Part shown: positions 28,714 to 38,585 of the stretch, one piece after another
Position numbering within the stretch: position 1 is the first letter of the stretch
Layout of the letters: the number at the start of each line of letters is the position of its first letter
IMG/VR virus record: IMGVR_UViG_3300049009_000874
Span: 96,001 to 160,000 of that record
Strand: one strand, 5' to 3'
Source of the DNA: a virus
Taxonomy: Duplodnaviria > Caudoviricetes
DNA: 64,000 nt
Program-made: the position numbers and the translations under genes
Notes under the pieces: model-generated
What the model was told of the DNA's origin: nothing
The model's database searches: none
Seen by the model: only the letters and a program-made list of their open reading frames with translations

Positions 28714-29841
28714 ATGGATCAAATCAGGGTCGTCAGTCTTTTCAGCGGGATCGGGGCTTTCGAGAAGGCTCTGACGAGGATAGGCAAGAAATACGAAGTC
28801 GTCAACTTCTGCGAGATCGACAAGAACGCCTCGAAGTCGTACTGCGCGATACATGGGGAGCCGGAGTCCAAGAACCTCGGCGACATCAGCAAGGTCGACG
28901 AGACGAAACTCCCGGACTTCGACCTCATGACTTGGGGATTCCCATGCCAAGACATATCCATAGCGGGAAAGCTGAAGGGCATCGAGGTAGGAACGAGGTC
29001 GGGTCTATACTACGAGGGTCTTCGCATACTGAACCACAAGAAGCCGACCTACAGCATCATAGAGAACGTCAAGAACCTGGTCGGATCGAAGTTCAAGGCT
29101 CAGTTCCAGCAGATACTGGACGACCTTGACGCCGCCGGCTACAATTCGTACTGGAAGGTGATGAACGCCAAGAACTACGGGATTCCGCAGAGCAGGGAGA
29201 GGGTCTTCATCGTGAGTGTCAGAAAGGACGCCGACAAGGGGTTCGAGTTCCCGAAGGAGTTCGACAGCGGAGTGAGGCTCAAGGATTTCATCGAGAAGGA
29301 CGTCCCAGCGAAGTACACCATCAATCCAGTCAAGACAGCCAAGTTCCTCGAGAGCATCGACGGGAAAAAGATAGAGGTCGGAGGCATCATGGTTTCGAGG
29401 AAGGGCGAGAAGTTCGACCGCGTCACGGAATGCGCCAACACCCTCATGGCTAGGGACTACAAGGGTTTCGGCAACCAGTCCATGAACGCCGTTCTGGAGT
29501 CCATACCGAACGAAATATCCGACAACTCGCTGATACAGCTCGGATGCCTCTCAGGAAGCAACTCGCAGGCGAACAGGGTGTACAGCACGGACGGCGTGTC
29601 TGCGACCCTGTGCGGCATCAGCGGGGGATGGGGAGCGAAGACGGGTCTCTACGTCGAGCAGACCAGGGTCAGGAGGCTTTGCCCCAAGGAATGCTTCAGG
29701 CTGATGGGTTTCGACGACGCCGACTACGAGAAGGTCGTAGCCGCCGGCATCGTAAGCGACACCCAGCTGTACAAGCAGGCTGGGAACAGCATCGTCGTCA
29801 ATGTTCTGGAATGCATATTCAAGAGCATTTTCGGAAATTGA
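28714..29841 (+). CDS. DNA (cytosine-5) methyltransferase, phage-type
   Basis: SLFSGIG, GFPCQDIS, ENVKNL, QSRERVF, TLMARDYKG, KQAGNSI. Confidence 0.96.
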   Translation: MDQIRVVSLFSGIGAFEKALTRIGKKYEVVNFCEIDKNASKSYCAIHGEPESKNLGDISKVDETKLPDFDLMTWGFPCQDISIAGKLKGIEVGTRSGLYYEGLRILNHKKPTYSIIENVKNLVGSKFKAQFQQILDDLDAAGYNSYWKVMNAKNYGIPQSRERVFIVSVRKDADKGFEFPKEFDSGVRLKDFIEKDVPAKYTINPVKTAKFLESIDGKKIEVGGIMVSRKGEKFDRVTECANTLMARDYKGFGNQSMNAVLESIPNEISDNSLIQLGCLSGSNSQANRVYSTDGVSATLCGISGGWGAKTGLYVEQTRVRRLCPKECFRLMGFDDADYEKVVAAGIVSDTQLYKQAGNSIVVNVLECIFKSIFGN

Positions 29842-29871
29842 CAAGAGGTTCCAGATCCAAAAAACATACAT

Positions 29872-30591
29872 ATGTTCATGGATTTCAAGCAATTCCTGTA
29901 TACCGAGTCCTCGAAGCCAGCCATGTTGGGCAAATACCGCATCACGTACATAGACTCCAATAAATTCAGGAAGAAATCACTTCTGAACGTCGAGTTCTGC
30001 ACCGCCGCGGTCCACGACGATTTCCCCAGACACATAAAGAAGGACGAGATATGGATTGACGACAGCATCAAGCCGAAGGAGATACCAACCATCCTCAAGG
30101 GTTTGTCTGTCAGGCTGTCGGAAATCGAGAATGGCGGGAAGAACCCGTACGAGAAGGGAATCGCCGCGGAGAAAAAAGAAAGGAACGAACACAGGGAAAA
30201 GCTGAAGAAGAAGAAGCACATGACCATAAAGGACTACAGCGGCGAAATCGAAGTGTATCTGGTCAGCGGCAAGGCTGTCAGGGACAACTACAAGACGGAT
30301 TTCTCGCAGGGGGGTCACGGCTACGTCTACGACTGGATACCGAAGAACGAGATATGGATAGAGGACGAGGAGAAGGACGAGATTGCTCCGATCCTTGCCC
30401 ACGAGTACATCGAGATGGTCCTCATGAAGGAGAGCGGCTGGAAGTATCCCAAAGCCCACGAGATGGCTTCCGACATAGAGCAGCAACTCAGGAAGAAAAA
30501 CCTGACGATGAAGGGGATCGACAAGGTTGTCAAGAACATATCGATACTTGTGCCGGAAGTAAACAAGCCAAGATCCAAGAGAAAAAGCTAA
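29872..30591 (+). CDS. hypothetical protein with putative head-targeting leader
   Basis: MDFKQFLYTE leader; duplicated I.K.EIWI; AHEYIE...AHE metal-site-like motif. Confidence 0.75.
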   Translation: MFMDFKQFLYTESSKPAMLGKYRITYIDSNKFRKKSLLNVEFCTAAVHDDFPRHIKKDEIWIDDSIKPKEIPTILKGLSVRLSEIENGGKNPYEKGIAAEKKERNEHREKLKKKKHMTIKDYSGEIEVYLVSGKAVRDNYKTDFSQGGHGYVYDWIPKNEIWIEDEEKDEIAPILAHEYIEMVLMKESGWKYPKAHEMASDIEQQLRKKNLTMKGIDKVVKNISILVPEVNKPRSKRKS

Positions 30592-30593
30592 GC

Positions 30594-31229
30594 CTATCTC
30601 GCCACGGACCTCTCCACAGCCTTGTCGAAAAGGCTGAGGAACTTCGACATCGGCTTCAGTTCTGGGTACGGTATCTCGTAGTTCCTGTGGTTTCCCCTCC
30701 TGGCGCAGACTATAGGTCGGGAGACTATCTTCTCCCTGGTCTGGTATCCGATATACGATATGACCGCTTCCCCCGCAGCCTTGTCCTCGCTCTCGACGTA
30801 GGCGAACGCGTATATGTCGGACCCCAACTCCTGCCTTTTCCCGTATTCGTCTATGCACCTTATCAAAGCGAGACCGTAGTTCCTAGCCGCCGTCTTCACG
30901 TCGAGACCATAGGAGAAGACGTCGAAGTCGGTGACGTTCCCGAACTCCTTGTACCCGAGGTTCACCGGCATCCCAGTCATCATGCCGAAAGCCATCTCCC
31001 CCAGTATCCCGACCCTCTCGGTCTTCCTCGGGTCGGAGGAGCTGTTGAGCATGCCCGGATTCCAGCCGCCTCCCACCTTGTTCTTCGTCCACCACGCGCT
31101 CGAAGCCGTCTCGCAAGCCTCGTAGTCCGAGCCTCTGACGACTATCTTGTGGACGTCCAGCTCCACTCCGTTGAACCATTCCCTGTGCACGTTCGGACCG
31201 ACCCTCGTCGGGAAATAAAGATCATCCAT
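30594..31229 (-). CDS. PD-(D/E)xK nuclease-like protein
   Basis: GILGEMAF...TDFD...LDVKT; starts 2 nt after methylase stop. Confidence 0.55.
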   Translation of the reverse strand: MDDLYFPTRVGPNVHREWFNGVELDVHKIVVRGSDYEACETASSAWWTKNKVGGGWNPGMLNSSSDPRKTERVGILGEMAFGMMTGMPVNLGYKEFGNVTDFDVFSYGLDVKTAARNYGLALIRCIDEYGKRQELGSDIYAFAYVESEDKAAGEAVISYIGYQTREKIVSRPIVCARRGNHRNYEIPYPELKPMSKFLSLFDKAVERSVAR

Positions 31230-31231
31230 TT

Positions 31232-32101
31232 TCACGCCTCGCAGTTGGATATTATGAGTTCGCCCTTTCTGTTGGAAAGCCTTTTCCCGCTGTCCTTGTC
31301 CTTGTTCGCGTTGATGCTGTAGTTGACGTCGATCTCCTTCACGCAAGCCCAGGAGTATATGTCCCTTATCTCCCTGCAGTCGTCGTAGGACAGGACCCAC
31401 CTGTGGCTCGTCTTCCTGAGCATCTTCGACAGGCGGAGGTGGTCGAACGAAGTCATCCCGCACTGGTACAGTTCGTTGCCCTTGATGTAGTACGGAGGGT
31501 CTATGTACAAGAGGACGTCCGACCCGCCCTCGAGCACCAGGGTCTCGAAATCGTGGACCGAGCATGATTCCTTGCGAACCTTGACGCCCGACAAGACATG
31601 GTGTATCTTGTCTATCTTCGAGCATATGTTCTTCGGGTTCCACCTGCACCCGATCTTGTATTCCGAAGCCTGGCTCATTCCGCCTAGCGGACCGCCTGAC
31701 ATGGTCCCGAGACCAGAGTACGAAGTCTGGTGTATCGCCATCTTCTTGAAGCCGACCGCAACGATCCCGTCGATGACCTCCGGAACGCGGTCGATGGCGG
31801 AAAGTTCAGCCTTCATGTCGCAGAACGATACTACGGATGGCGTGAACGAACGAACCATGTCCTTCAGTTGCTCGTGGTGCGATATGACGGAAGTCCACAG
31901 GCATGATATGCCGACGTCGCGGTCGTTCACCCACAAGTCCCTGACTCCAAGGCTGACCATGTGGAGACCTATGCTGCCTCCTCCGAAGAAAGGCTCTCGG
32001 TATTGGACGGATCCCAAGCCGGCGGTTGCGGATTTCTCCAGTTGTTCCGCGATCACGTCCTTGATTTTCGTCTTCCCGCCCGGATACCTGAAAAAAGACA
32101 T
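31232..32101 (-). CDS. DNA adenine methyltransferase (Dam/D12 class)
   Basis: FRYPGGKT, EPFFGGGS, YIDPPY, WVLSYDD. Confidence 0.95.
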   Translation of the reverse strand: MSFFRYPGGKTKIKDVIAEQLEKSATAGLGSVQYREPFFGGGSIGLHMVSLGVRDLWVNDRDVGISCLWTSVISHHEQLKDMVRSFTPSVVSFCDMKAELSAIDRVPEVIDGIVAVGFKKMAIHQTSYSGLGTMSGGPLGGMSQASEYKIGCRWNPKNICSKIDKIHHVLSGVKVRKESCSVHDFETLVLEGGSDVLLYIDPPYYIKGNELYQCGMTSFDHLRLSKMLRKTSHRWVLSYDDCREIRDIYSWACVKEIDVNYSINANKDKDSGKRLSNRKGELIISNCEA

Positions 32102-32206
32102 ATATGAAAAATCCTCGAAATATATCAGAATCCATTCTTCGTTAAATATCTTTTACCACCAACAAGGTATTTTTTCAAGTTGATTGTGCGTGAGCCTACA
32201 TATATT

Positions 32207-32440
32207 ATGAACGAAAAAGACTACTATCTGGACGATAAAGGCAATTTTGTTTTCACCGAGGCTTACCATCTCCGCAGGGGGTCGTGCTGCGGCAACGGGT
32301 GCCGCCATTGCCCGTGGTCCAATCTTTCCGGAAAAAAAGATTCGGTAACTCAATTAAACGAAACAGGGGGAAACGAACATGATGTCTTTTTTGAGAAACC
32401 TGATGGGTCTGGGAGCGAACCAAAGGACGGCGAGCCTTGA
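32207..32440 (+). CDS. DUF5522-like Cys-rich protein
   Basis: DYY...VFTEAYHLRRGSCCGNGCRHCPW. Confidence 0.8.
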   Translation: MNEKDYYLDDKGNFVFTEAYHLRRGSCCGNGCRHCPWSNLSGKKDSVTQLNETGGNEHDVFFEKPDGSGSEPKDGEP

Positions 32441-32714
32441 GATGGAGGTCGAAAGCCTCAACGACCAGATTATCGCGTTGACCGGGGAATTGTCCTTGTG
32501 CGAGAAGGAGCGAGACCACCTAGCCGCCGACTTAATACATTTCTCGCAAGAAACAAAGAAACTGGCAGCCGACATATCCTCGACGCGAGAGGAGATTGGC
32601 AAACTGGAGTCGAGATTCCAGCAATGCATGTCTAAAAACTTACTTCTGAAGTCCAAGAACGACAGGCTGAGAGACCTATTCAATTCGGCCATCGCCATAA
32701 ATGACGAAAATTGA
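32379..32714 (+). CDS. coiled-coil hypothetical protein
   Basis: Heptad pattern, GGGGG RBS. Confidence 0.65.
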   Translation: MMSFLRNLMGLGANQRTASLEMEVESLNDQIIALTGELSLCEKERDHLAADLIHFSQETKKLAADISSTREEIGKLESRFQQCMSKNLLLKSKNDRLRDLFNSAIAINDEN

Positions 32715-32779
32715 CTTCTTTCAATTTATGATTTCGATTATCATTGTGTCGTTGAAACCACGGACCCGGACGCGTTGCG

Positions 32780-32986
32780 ATGAATGTAGACTTGATACTC
32801 CACGAGATATTGGCAGACCACTCAGCCAGAAACGGCTCGTGGATCATCTACGACGGAAACAGCTACCATATAGACCAGTCCAGGGTCGACCATGTCGTTT
32901 ACGACAACACCTCAAGCCTCACTTTGAGGGAAGCGATAGAATCCCTGAAATTGCACGTCAGAAAAAGATTGAACTCAAATATATAG
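32780..32986 (+). CDS. hypothetical protein
   Basis: 68-aa ORF with genome-typical codon usage. Confidence 0.55.
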   Translation: MNVDLILHEILADHSARNGSWIIYDGNSYHIDQSRVDHVVYDNTSSLTLREAIESLKLHVRKRLNSNI

Positions 32987-33091
32987 TTTGTGTTTGATTT
33001 GCTTTGTTTTTACTTCTTTTTTCATTCATTGAAGAGAATATTTGAAATAAAACATCGTAAATAGATTTGTAATATTTTACGAGGATTTATC

Positions 33092-34795
33092 ATGCGCGCT
33101 TATTCTTTTCATGAATTTTTTAATCACAAAAAACGATCTGACGTTTTTGCATTTCTGGATTCTCGCCACGGGACGATCGACGAATCTGTTCTCCAAGAGC
33201 TTTATTTCAATTTCGGCAACGATGATGTCGTGAATGAAGCTTGGGGAGATTGGCTGAGCAAAGCCAAAGGGATGGCGCAAAACGTGGCGGCTGGAGCGGC
33301 GAACGTGGCGGCTGGAGCGGTCAAAGGCGCGAAAGAGTTCGGAAAAGGGTTCGTGCAAGGGTCGCAGCAAGGCTACAAAGACACAAGGACCGATGCCGGC
33401 GTGAAGAAAATCGAAAATATCGCAGCCAGCATCGGCGAGCTCAGCAAGAAATTCACCCAGAAATACAAGATCGACCCAGTAACGGCAGCCATCATGATTG
33501 GCTCCGGCGCGACTGGCGGCTTGGGAACAATACCTATGCTCGCGATGGCTGTAGGATTGAGAAAAGGCAGCGCTTGGCTTGCCGGGAAAGGAATGGACGC
33601 GGCTTGGAAAAAAGCGACCGGTAAAACGCCGGCAGAACTGGACCAGATGTGGCAGTCGAAAATCAGCGACACCAAGGCGCCAGCAACAGCAGCCCCAGCG
33701 GCGATGGCGAGACCGGCAGCACCGCAACCAGCCCCAGCGGCGATGGCGAGACCGGCAGCACCGCAACCAGCCCCAGCGGCGATGGCGAGACCGGCAGCCC
33801 CCGACTCCGACCAGTTCCATTACGAGACGTTCAATAGATCGAAAACCTCGTTTGTCGCTTTCTTGGAAAACAAGGACGCCGGTTTGTACCAGAACATAAT
33901 CGACGAGGGGATGTGGGACAGCGCGAAAGGATTTTTCACCGGCGCCCTGAACAAAGGCGCAGACGTAGCCAGAGGATACGCAAAAGACATCGAGGATCAA
34001 GGATTCGCGAGGGCGACCGGGTCGCTGGTAGGCAAAGGCGCGGGCAAAGCCGCGGGAACTTTTTCGAACTCGGTTATTGTCTTCGCGAAAAGCCTGCAAA
34101 ACGCTGGATCGTTCATGGTCAACAACCCAGTCAAGACGGGAACAATGCTGATGGCTATCGCAGCCGGATCCATGATCGGGAGCTACGGTACTCAAGCAAT
34201 CAACAGTTTCATCGACAAGCCGTCCGCAGACCAAATCCAGGACTTGACCGCCGCCGCAAAACAAGCTGGCGTCCCAGACGGCGAAATACAATCAATGCAT
34301 CGAGATTCCGGATATTCCGGTAGCGGCGGCGATTTCGACACGAAAGACACCTCATATTCCGGTGCTGGCGGCGATTTCGGCGATGCTCCGGGTGCAGAAA
34401 AATTCTTACCATCAAAAGACATAAAAGGTTGGAATAGTGATCTTGGTGATTTCACAATAAAAGAACTCCCGAACGGACAACAAGTAGTGCAAACAACTGA
34501 TGGAAATCTCTATACACACACAAGGGGTAATGTTTCTGGTCAAGAAATTTATCAAAAAGTAGATGATGTAACTGGGAAAGCAATTGGAAAACCCACTTAT
34601 CACCCGATACAGGACAATGGTCCAACTGGTGCAGATTTCGTTCCGAAAGACCCGAACTACAAAGGTTTGTATTCTGCGACTCCTAAGTTAAACGATCTGG
34701 ACGGAACAACCATGCCACGGCTTGATGGGCAAACCTTTGATGGAAAAACTTGGAGTGGCGGAAAGATGTCTATACCAACCCATAGAGGTGGATAG
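33092..34795 (+). CDS. large putative virion/internal protein (paralog of 22822-24621)
   Basis: Leader MRAYSFHEFF, FGNDDVVNEAWGDW, hydrophobic segments, Ala/Pro repeat. Confidence 0.8.
   Translation: MRAYSFHEFFNHKKRSDVFAFLDSRHGTIDESVLQELYFNFGNDDVVNEAWGDWLSKAKGMAQNVAAGAANVAAGAVKGAKEFGKGFVQGSQQGYKDTRTDAGVKKIENIAASIGELSKKFTQKYKIDPVTAAIMIGSGATGGLGTIPMLAMAVGLRKGSAWLAGKGMDAAWKKATGKTPAELDQMWQSKISDTKAPATAAPAAMARPAAPQPAPAAMARPAAPQPAPAAMARPAAPDSDQFHYETFNRSKTSFVAFLENKDAGLYQNIIDEGMWDSAKGFFTGALNKGADVARGYAKDIEDQGFARATGSLVGKGAGKAAGTFSNSVIVFAKSLQNAGSFMVNNPVKTGTMLMAIAAGSMIGSYGTQAINSFIDKPSADQIQDLTAAAKQAGVPDGEIQSMHRDSGYSGSGGDFDTKDTSYSGAGGDFGDAPGAEKFLPSKDIKGWNSDLGDFTIKELPNGQQVVQTTDGNLYTHTRGNVSGQEIYQKVDDVTGKAIGKPTYHPIQDNGPTGADFVPKDPNYKGLYSATPKLNDLDGTTMPRLDGQTFDGKTWSGGKMSIPTHRGG
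33690..33798. repeat. 39-bp tandem repeat, ~2.8 copies (APAAMARPAAPQP)
   Basis: CAGCCCCAGCGGCGATGGCGAGACCGGCAGCACCGCAAC units. Confidence 0.95.
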
Positions 34796-34988
34796 TAACA
34801 GCAAAATTCAAAGAATGCTTTAAAAAACAAATTGCATTCCTTGTGGTTTCTGATGATTTACGACTGATAGTTCCAATTGTCGATAATTGGTGGAAAAAAG
34901 CCATGGTAATTGGATCTGATATGCGACCATTAAATGTCTAAATTCACAATCATAGCATATATATGAAAGAATCAATCAAGGAGCTTAT

Positions 34989-35570
34989 ATGGCAGACTCT
35001 ATGTATCATCAAAGAATAGGACTTACCTTCAAAAACAGGTATCCAGAGATATTTGATTATTGTTCTAAAATGAAGAACGGCGACGTGAAAATAATGTCTT
35101 TCGGCTGTTCGATTGGAACCGAATGCTCAGATCTAAGGACTTATTTTCCAGATGCCACCATAGTTGGCGTGGACATCAACGAAAGACTCTTGGAGATAGC
35201 AAAAAAAAGAAACCCAAACGAAAAAACAATCTATGACACGAGTACTGAAGCCCATAGCGGTTTCGACTTCATATTCTGCATGACCGTTCTTTGCAGCTAC
35301 CCAAAAACACGAAACCTGAAAAACTGCGGAGAAGTATATCCATTCTCGAAATTCGAGGAAACAGTTCTTTCTCTGGTTGGGAAATTGAATGATGGTGGAA
35401 GCATCGTAATATGCAATTCGAACTTCAGATTCGCAGATGTCAGTTGTGCTTCTTCATTCGAAGCGATATCTGTTGAAAACAAGAAACCAATCATAAATGT
35501 TCCTAAATTCGACAATCAAAACAACATATGTGAAGAAGACTATCCGTTCTGTATTTTCAAAAAAAATTAA
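34989..35570 (+). CDS. class I SAM-dependent methyltransferase
   Basis: MSFGCSIGTE, VGVDIN, FDFIFCMTVL. Confidence 0.8.
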   Translation: MADSMYHQRIGLTFKNRYPEIFDYCSKMKNGDVKIMSFGCSIGTECSDLRTYFPDATIVGVDINERLLEIAKKRNPNEKTIYDTSTEAHSGFDFIFCMTVLCSYPKTRNLKNCGEVYPFSKFEETVLSLVGKLNDGGSIVICNSNFRFADVSCASSFEAISVENKKPIINVPKFDNQNNICEEDYPFCIFKKN

Positions 35571-35582
35571 GTAGGAGTTAAA

Positions 35583-37073
35583 ATGGCAGACAATCAACTT
35601 TGGGCATGGGGAGAGGGAAATGGAGGACAATTAGGAGATGGAACGACAGTAAGCAAATCATCTCCAGTTCAAGTCTTGGGTTCCAACTACAACTGGAGAA
35701 GCGTTTATAGTGGTACTTTTCATTCCACTGGCATCAAGAAAAACAACACCCTATGGACTTGGGGTCTCAATTATGCAGGACAATTAGGAAACGGAACGAT
35801 AATCAACGAATCAGTTCCAATACAAATTGGAGAGTCCGATTGGAGCCAGTCTTCATGTGGTGGTTTCCATACAATAGCAATAAAGACTGACGGAACGCTA
35901 TGGTCTTGGGGCGAAGGTTCATTTGGCGAACTCGGAGACGAAACAACAACAGATAGATCTTCACCAGTACAAGTCGGCAACCAAACGACTTGGAAAGAAG
36001 TTTCGAGTGGTGTTTTCACCGTTTCGGCAATAAAGACCAATGGTACGCTATGGGCTTGGGGCGAAGGTCTTTCTGGACAAATTGGAAATGGGGAAACTGG
36101 AGTTTGGAGTTCCCCTGTTCAGATCGGAAACGAAACGAATTGGAAACAGGTTTCCAATGGCTATTCTCACACCGCAGCAGTAAAGACCGATGGTACGCTA
36201 TGGGCTTGGGGAGATAATTCTTATGGTCGATTGGGAGATGGAACCCAAACAGACACATCGTCTCCGATACAGATTGGAAACGAAACAAACTGGAAGCAAG
36301 TGGATTGCGGAGCCTCACATACCGCTGCGATAAAAACGAACGGAACTCTTTGGGCTTGGGGCGAAGGTTCGAATGGACAATTGGGCGATGGAAACCAAAC
36401 ACAAACATCATCCCCGATACAAGTCGGAAACGGGAGCAATTGGTTAAAGGTTTCCTGCGGATCAGACTTCACCTGTGCTGTCAAGACAGACAAAACCATG
36501 TGGACTTGGGGAGATAATTATAAGGGAAAATTGGGCGATGGAACCACAGAAGACAAATCATCACCAGTCCAGATAAGTGGCGACAAATATTGGAGCGATG
36601 TGGCTTGCGGATTTTTAAACACCCTAGCTATAACTGGTAATGCCCCAGTAAGGTTCAATTTCGTACATCCGACCTACACGTTCGAGGTCGTCACATACAC
36701 GCCAGAAAGCCTGATAGCCCTGGCTCCCTACCCGGACTCGTTGGAGCATCTGGTTCTTAACCTGCAGGCTCAGGAAGTCGTCGTCAACAACAGAAATTAC
36801 AAGCATGGAGACAGGTTCACGGAATTCGGTTCAAGAGCCATACGACTCAAACAGTTGTATGTTGATTCAAGCGATCCCGTGCTGAAGATAGTCTGTGACG
36901 ACGGTTACAGATTCGAGAACAACAGATGCGTTCTTGACTGTTCCGAAGGCGAAACGGCATGCGGTGGCGTTTGTTCCAACCTGCTTACCGACAATGACAA
37001 TTGCGGGTCGTGCGCCAATGTTTGTCCAGATGGATTTTCATGCACAAATGGAGTTTGCGCAACACCAACATAA
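35583..37073 (+). CDS. RCC1/BLIP-II repeat protein with C-terminal Cys-rich module
   Basis: Seven GTLWAWG...GQLGDG...SSPVQ repeats; CGGVC.NLLTD.DNCGSCANVC tail. Confidence 0.92.
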   Translation: MADNQLWAWGEGNGGQLGDGTTVSKSSPVQVLGSNYNWRSVYSGTFHSTGIKKNNTLWTWGLNYAGQLGNGTIINESVPIQIGESDWSQSSCGGFHTIAIKTDGTLWSWGEGSFGELGDETTTDRSSPVQVGNQTTWKEVSSGVFTVSAIKTNGTLWAWGEGLSGQIGNGETGVWSSPVQIGNETNWKQVSNGYSHTAAVKTDGTLWAWGDNSYGRLGDGTQTDTSSPIQIGNETNWKQVDCGASHTAAIKTNGTLWAWGEGSNGQLGDGNQTQTSSPIQVGNGSNWLKVSCGSDFTCAVKTDKTMWTWGDNYKGKLGDGTTEDKSSPVQISGDKYWSDVACGFLNTLAITGNAPVRFNFVHPTYTFEVVTYTPESLIALAPYPDSLEHLVLNLQAQEVVVNNRNYKHGDRFTEFGSRAIRLKQLYVDSSDPVLKIVCDDGYRFENNRCVLDCSEGETACGGVCSNLLTDNDNCGSCANVCPDGFSCTNGVCATPT

Positions 37074-37110
37074 GCTCGGTTGTGGCAAAATATCGAAACC
37101 ACTAGAGGCT

Positions 37111-38142
37111 TCAGGGATTTAACTTGACGAGAGATACGAACTCCTCGAACTTGTAGTCCTTGAAGCCATCCACGTACGTAAGCCTCACGCTTACATTCTC
37201 CTTCAGGCACTCCACGACAAAATTCTTCAGCTTGTCCTCCCTGTCCCCGAGCGGATCTGACACGATCTGGAGTTCGATGTCGTCCAGAGTGTGCTGTATG
37301 ACCTTGTACCTTTTGATCCCGAAAGAATCGTGGTAATCCCGGCTCCCGACCAACGGCCATTTCCTGTCGCCGTTCGGGAGAACGAACATGTTCCTGATCC
37401 TTCCCTTGATGTTCTTTATGGTTTGCAGGCTCCTGCCGCATCCGCATTCCCCCAGTTCTATGTGGTCGCCGTTCTTGTACCTCCTGATGTACGGGTTCGT
37501 GAGGGTGCTTATGATCATCCCGCCATCGTGGTCGACCTCGACAATCTGGTTCTCCATGACATGGTGCACGCTAGGGTTGTCGGGGCACTGGATGGATATC
37601 GTGCCGCACTCCTCCGAAGAGAACATGGATCCCCCCATCTCCCCGGTGCCCTTGTGGTCGATGAAGTTGCTGACCTTGCCCATGTCGAGTTGTTTCCTTA
37701 TGGACGGCAGGCATTGCAGGTAATGGGGGTTCTTCTCCTCGACCCATGACTGTATCCTCGATATCGGCTCGAATCCCATGAAGAAGGTGTTACCCTGGAC
37801 CTTGGCTATCGTCCTCGGGACCCCCCATGATTCCTTGTCGTTCATTTTGGCGTCGCCTCTTATCACTGCTATGTTTTTCGACAGGTCCCATTTCCTCCAG
37901 AAGAACTCCCTTATGTTCGTGGCGAAGTACCATATCTGGTCTCCGTAAGATTTCTCCACGGACACCGGTTCCCCGGTGGAGCCGGACGTCCTGCAGGTGT
38001 ACAATCCCTTTTCCATTGGCGTGGAGCGAAGAGCATCCTTGCTCATTATCGGCAAGCCTCTGACCCGGTCGAAGTCGGTCTCGTGAAGCCTCTCGCTGTA
38101 CCGGAACCCGTCGAAAACCGATTTTATGTCTGTTTCTCTCAT
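37111..38142 (-). CDS. phenylacetate-CoA ligase/CapK-like adenylate-forming enzyme
   Basis: TSGSTGEP, SSEECG, RYKNGD, CGCGR, IKGR. Confidence 0.85.
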   Translation of the reverse strand: MRETDIKSVFDGFRYSERLHETDFDRVRGLPIMSKDALRSTPMEKGLYTCRTSGSTGEPVSVEKSYGDQIWYFATNIREFFWRKWDLSKNIAVIRGDAKMNDKESWGVPRTIAKVQGNTFFMGFEPISRIQSWVEEKNPHYLQCLPSIRKQLDMGKVSNFIDHKGTGEMGGSMFSSEECGTISIQCPDNPSVHHVMENQIVEVDHDGGMIISTLTNPYIRRYKNGDHIELGECGCGRSLQTIKNIKGRIRNMFVLPNGDRKWPLVGSRDYHDSFGIKRYKVIQHTLDDIELQIVSDPLGDREDKLKNFVVECLKENVSVRLTYVDGFKDYKFEEFVSLVKLNP

Positions 38143-38585
38143 TTCTTGAATTTCCAAATGTAGAATGTGTAGTCCTCTTTCCTGCGGATCTCCTGTGGCT
38201 TGATCGAGAACCCGTCCTCGTCCGGGAAAAACTCGGCGACCATCATCGTCGGAAGCTTCCTGTTGAAGTGCCTGACCACCAGGTTGCTGCAGCACCTGCT
38301 GCACATCTCCAGCACCGATTCCGAAAGGGATTCGGACAGGTTTAGCACCCCGTCGCCGATGATGTTGGTGTAGAAGTCCTTGTTGTCCGCCCAGTTCCGT
38401 ATTATGACCGTGTCCCCGTCGTACCAGGGGTCTATGTCCATCTGCCTGTCGCTCAGCGGGATGATGTTCCTGGTGCATCCCAGCAGAAGCGTCGTCCCAG
38501 CCTCCATGCCGCTCTTGTATTCCAGCACGTCTTCCTCGGAAGGCGATAGAGGGTAGGGTCGGTCTTTCCAGTAGTTCTTGTCCAT
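38139..38585 (-). CDS. hypothetical protein (possible minimal Rossmann/methyltransferase fold)
   Basis: LLLGCT, IIGDGVLN; ATGA coupling with ligase gene. Confidence 0.65.
   Translation of the reverse strand: MDKNYWKDRPYPLSPSEEDVLEYKSGMEAGTTLLLGCTRNIIPLSDRQMDIDPWYDGDTVIIRNWADNKDFYTNIIGDGVLNLSESLSESVLEMCSRCCSNLVVRHFNRKLPTMMVAEFFPDEDGFSIKPQEIRRKEDYTFYIWKFKK

Noticed and set aside
34796-34988. Possible ncRNA or pseudogene in a 190-bp gap containing the imperfect palindrome CCAATTGTCGATAATTGG
   Set aside because: No recognisable RNA family or convincing ORF; insufficient evidence.
30594-38478. ORF-track N-terminal extensions of 30594-31649 and 37111-38478
   Set aside because: They overlap upstream genes in another frame; coupled starts at 31229 and 38142 fit better.
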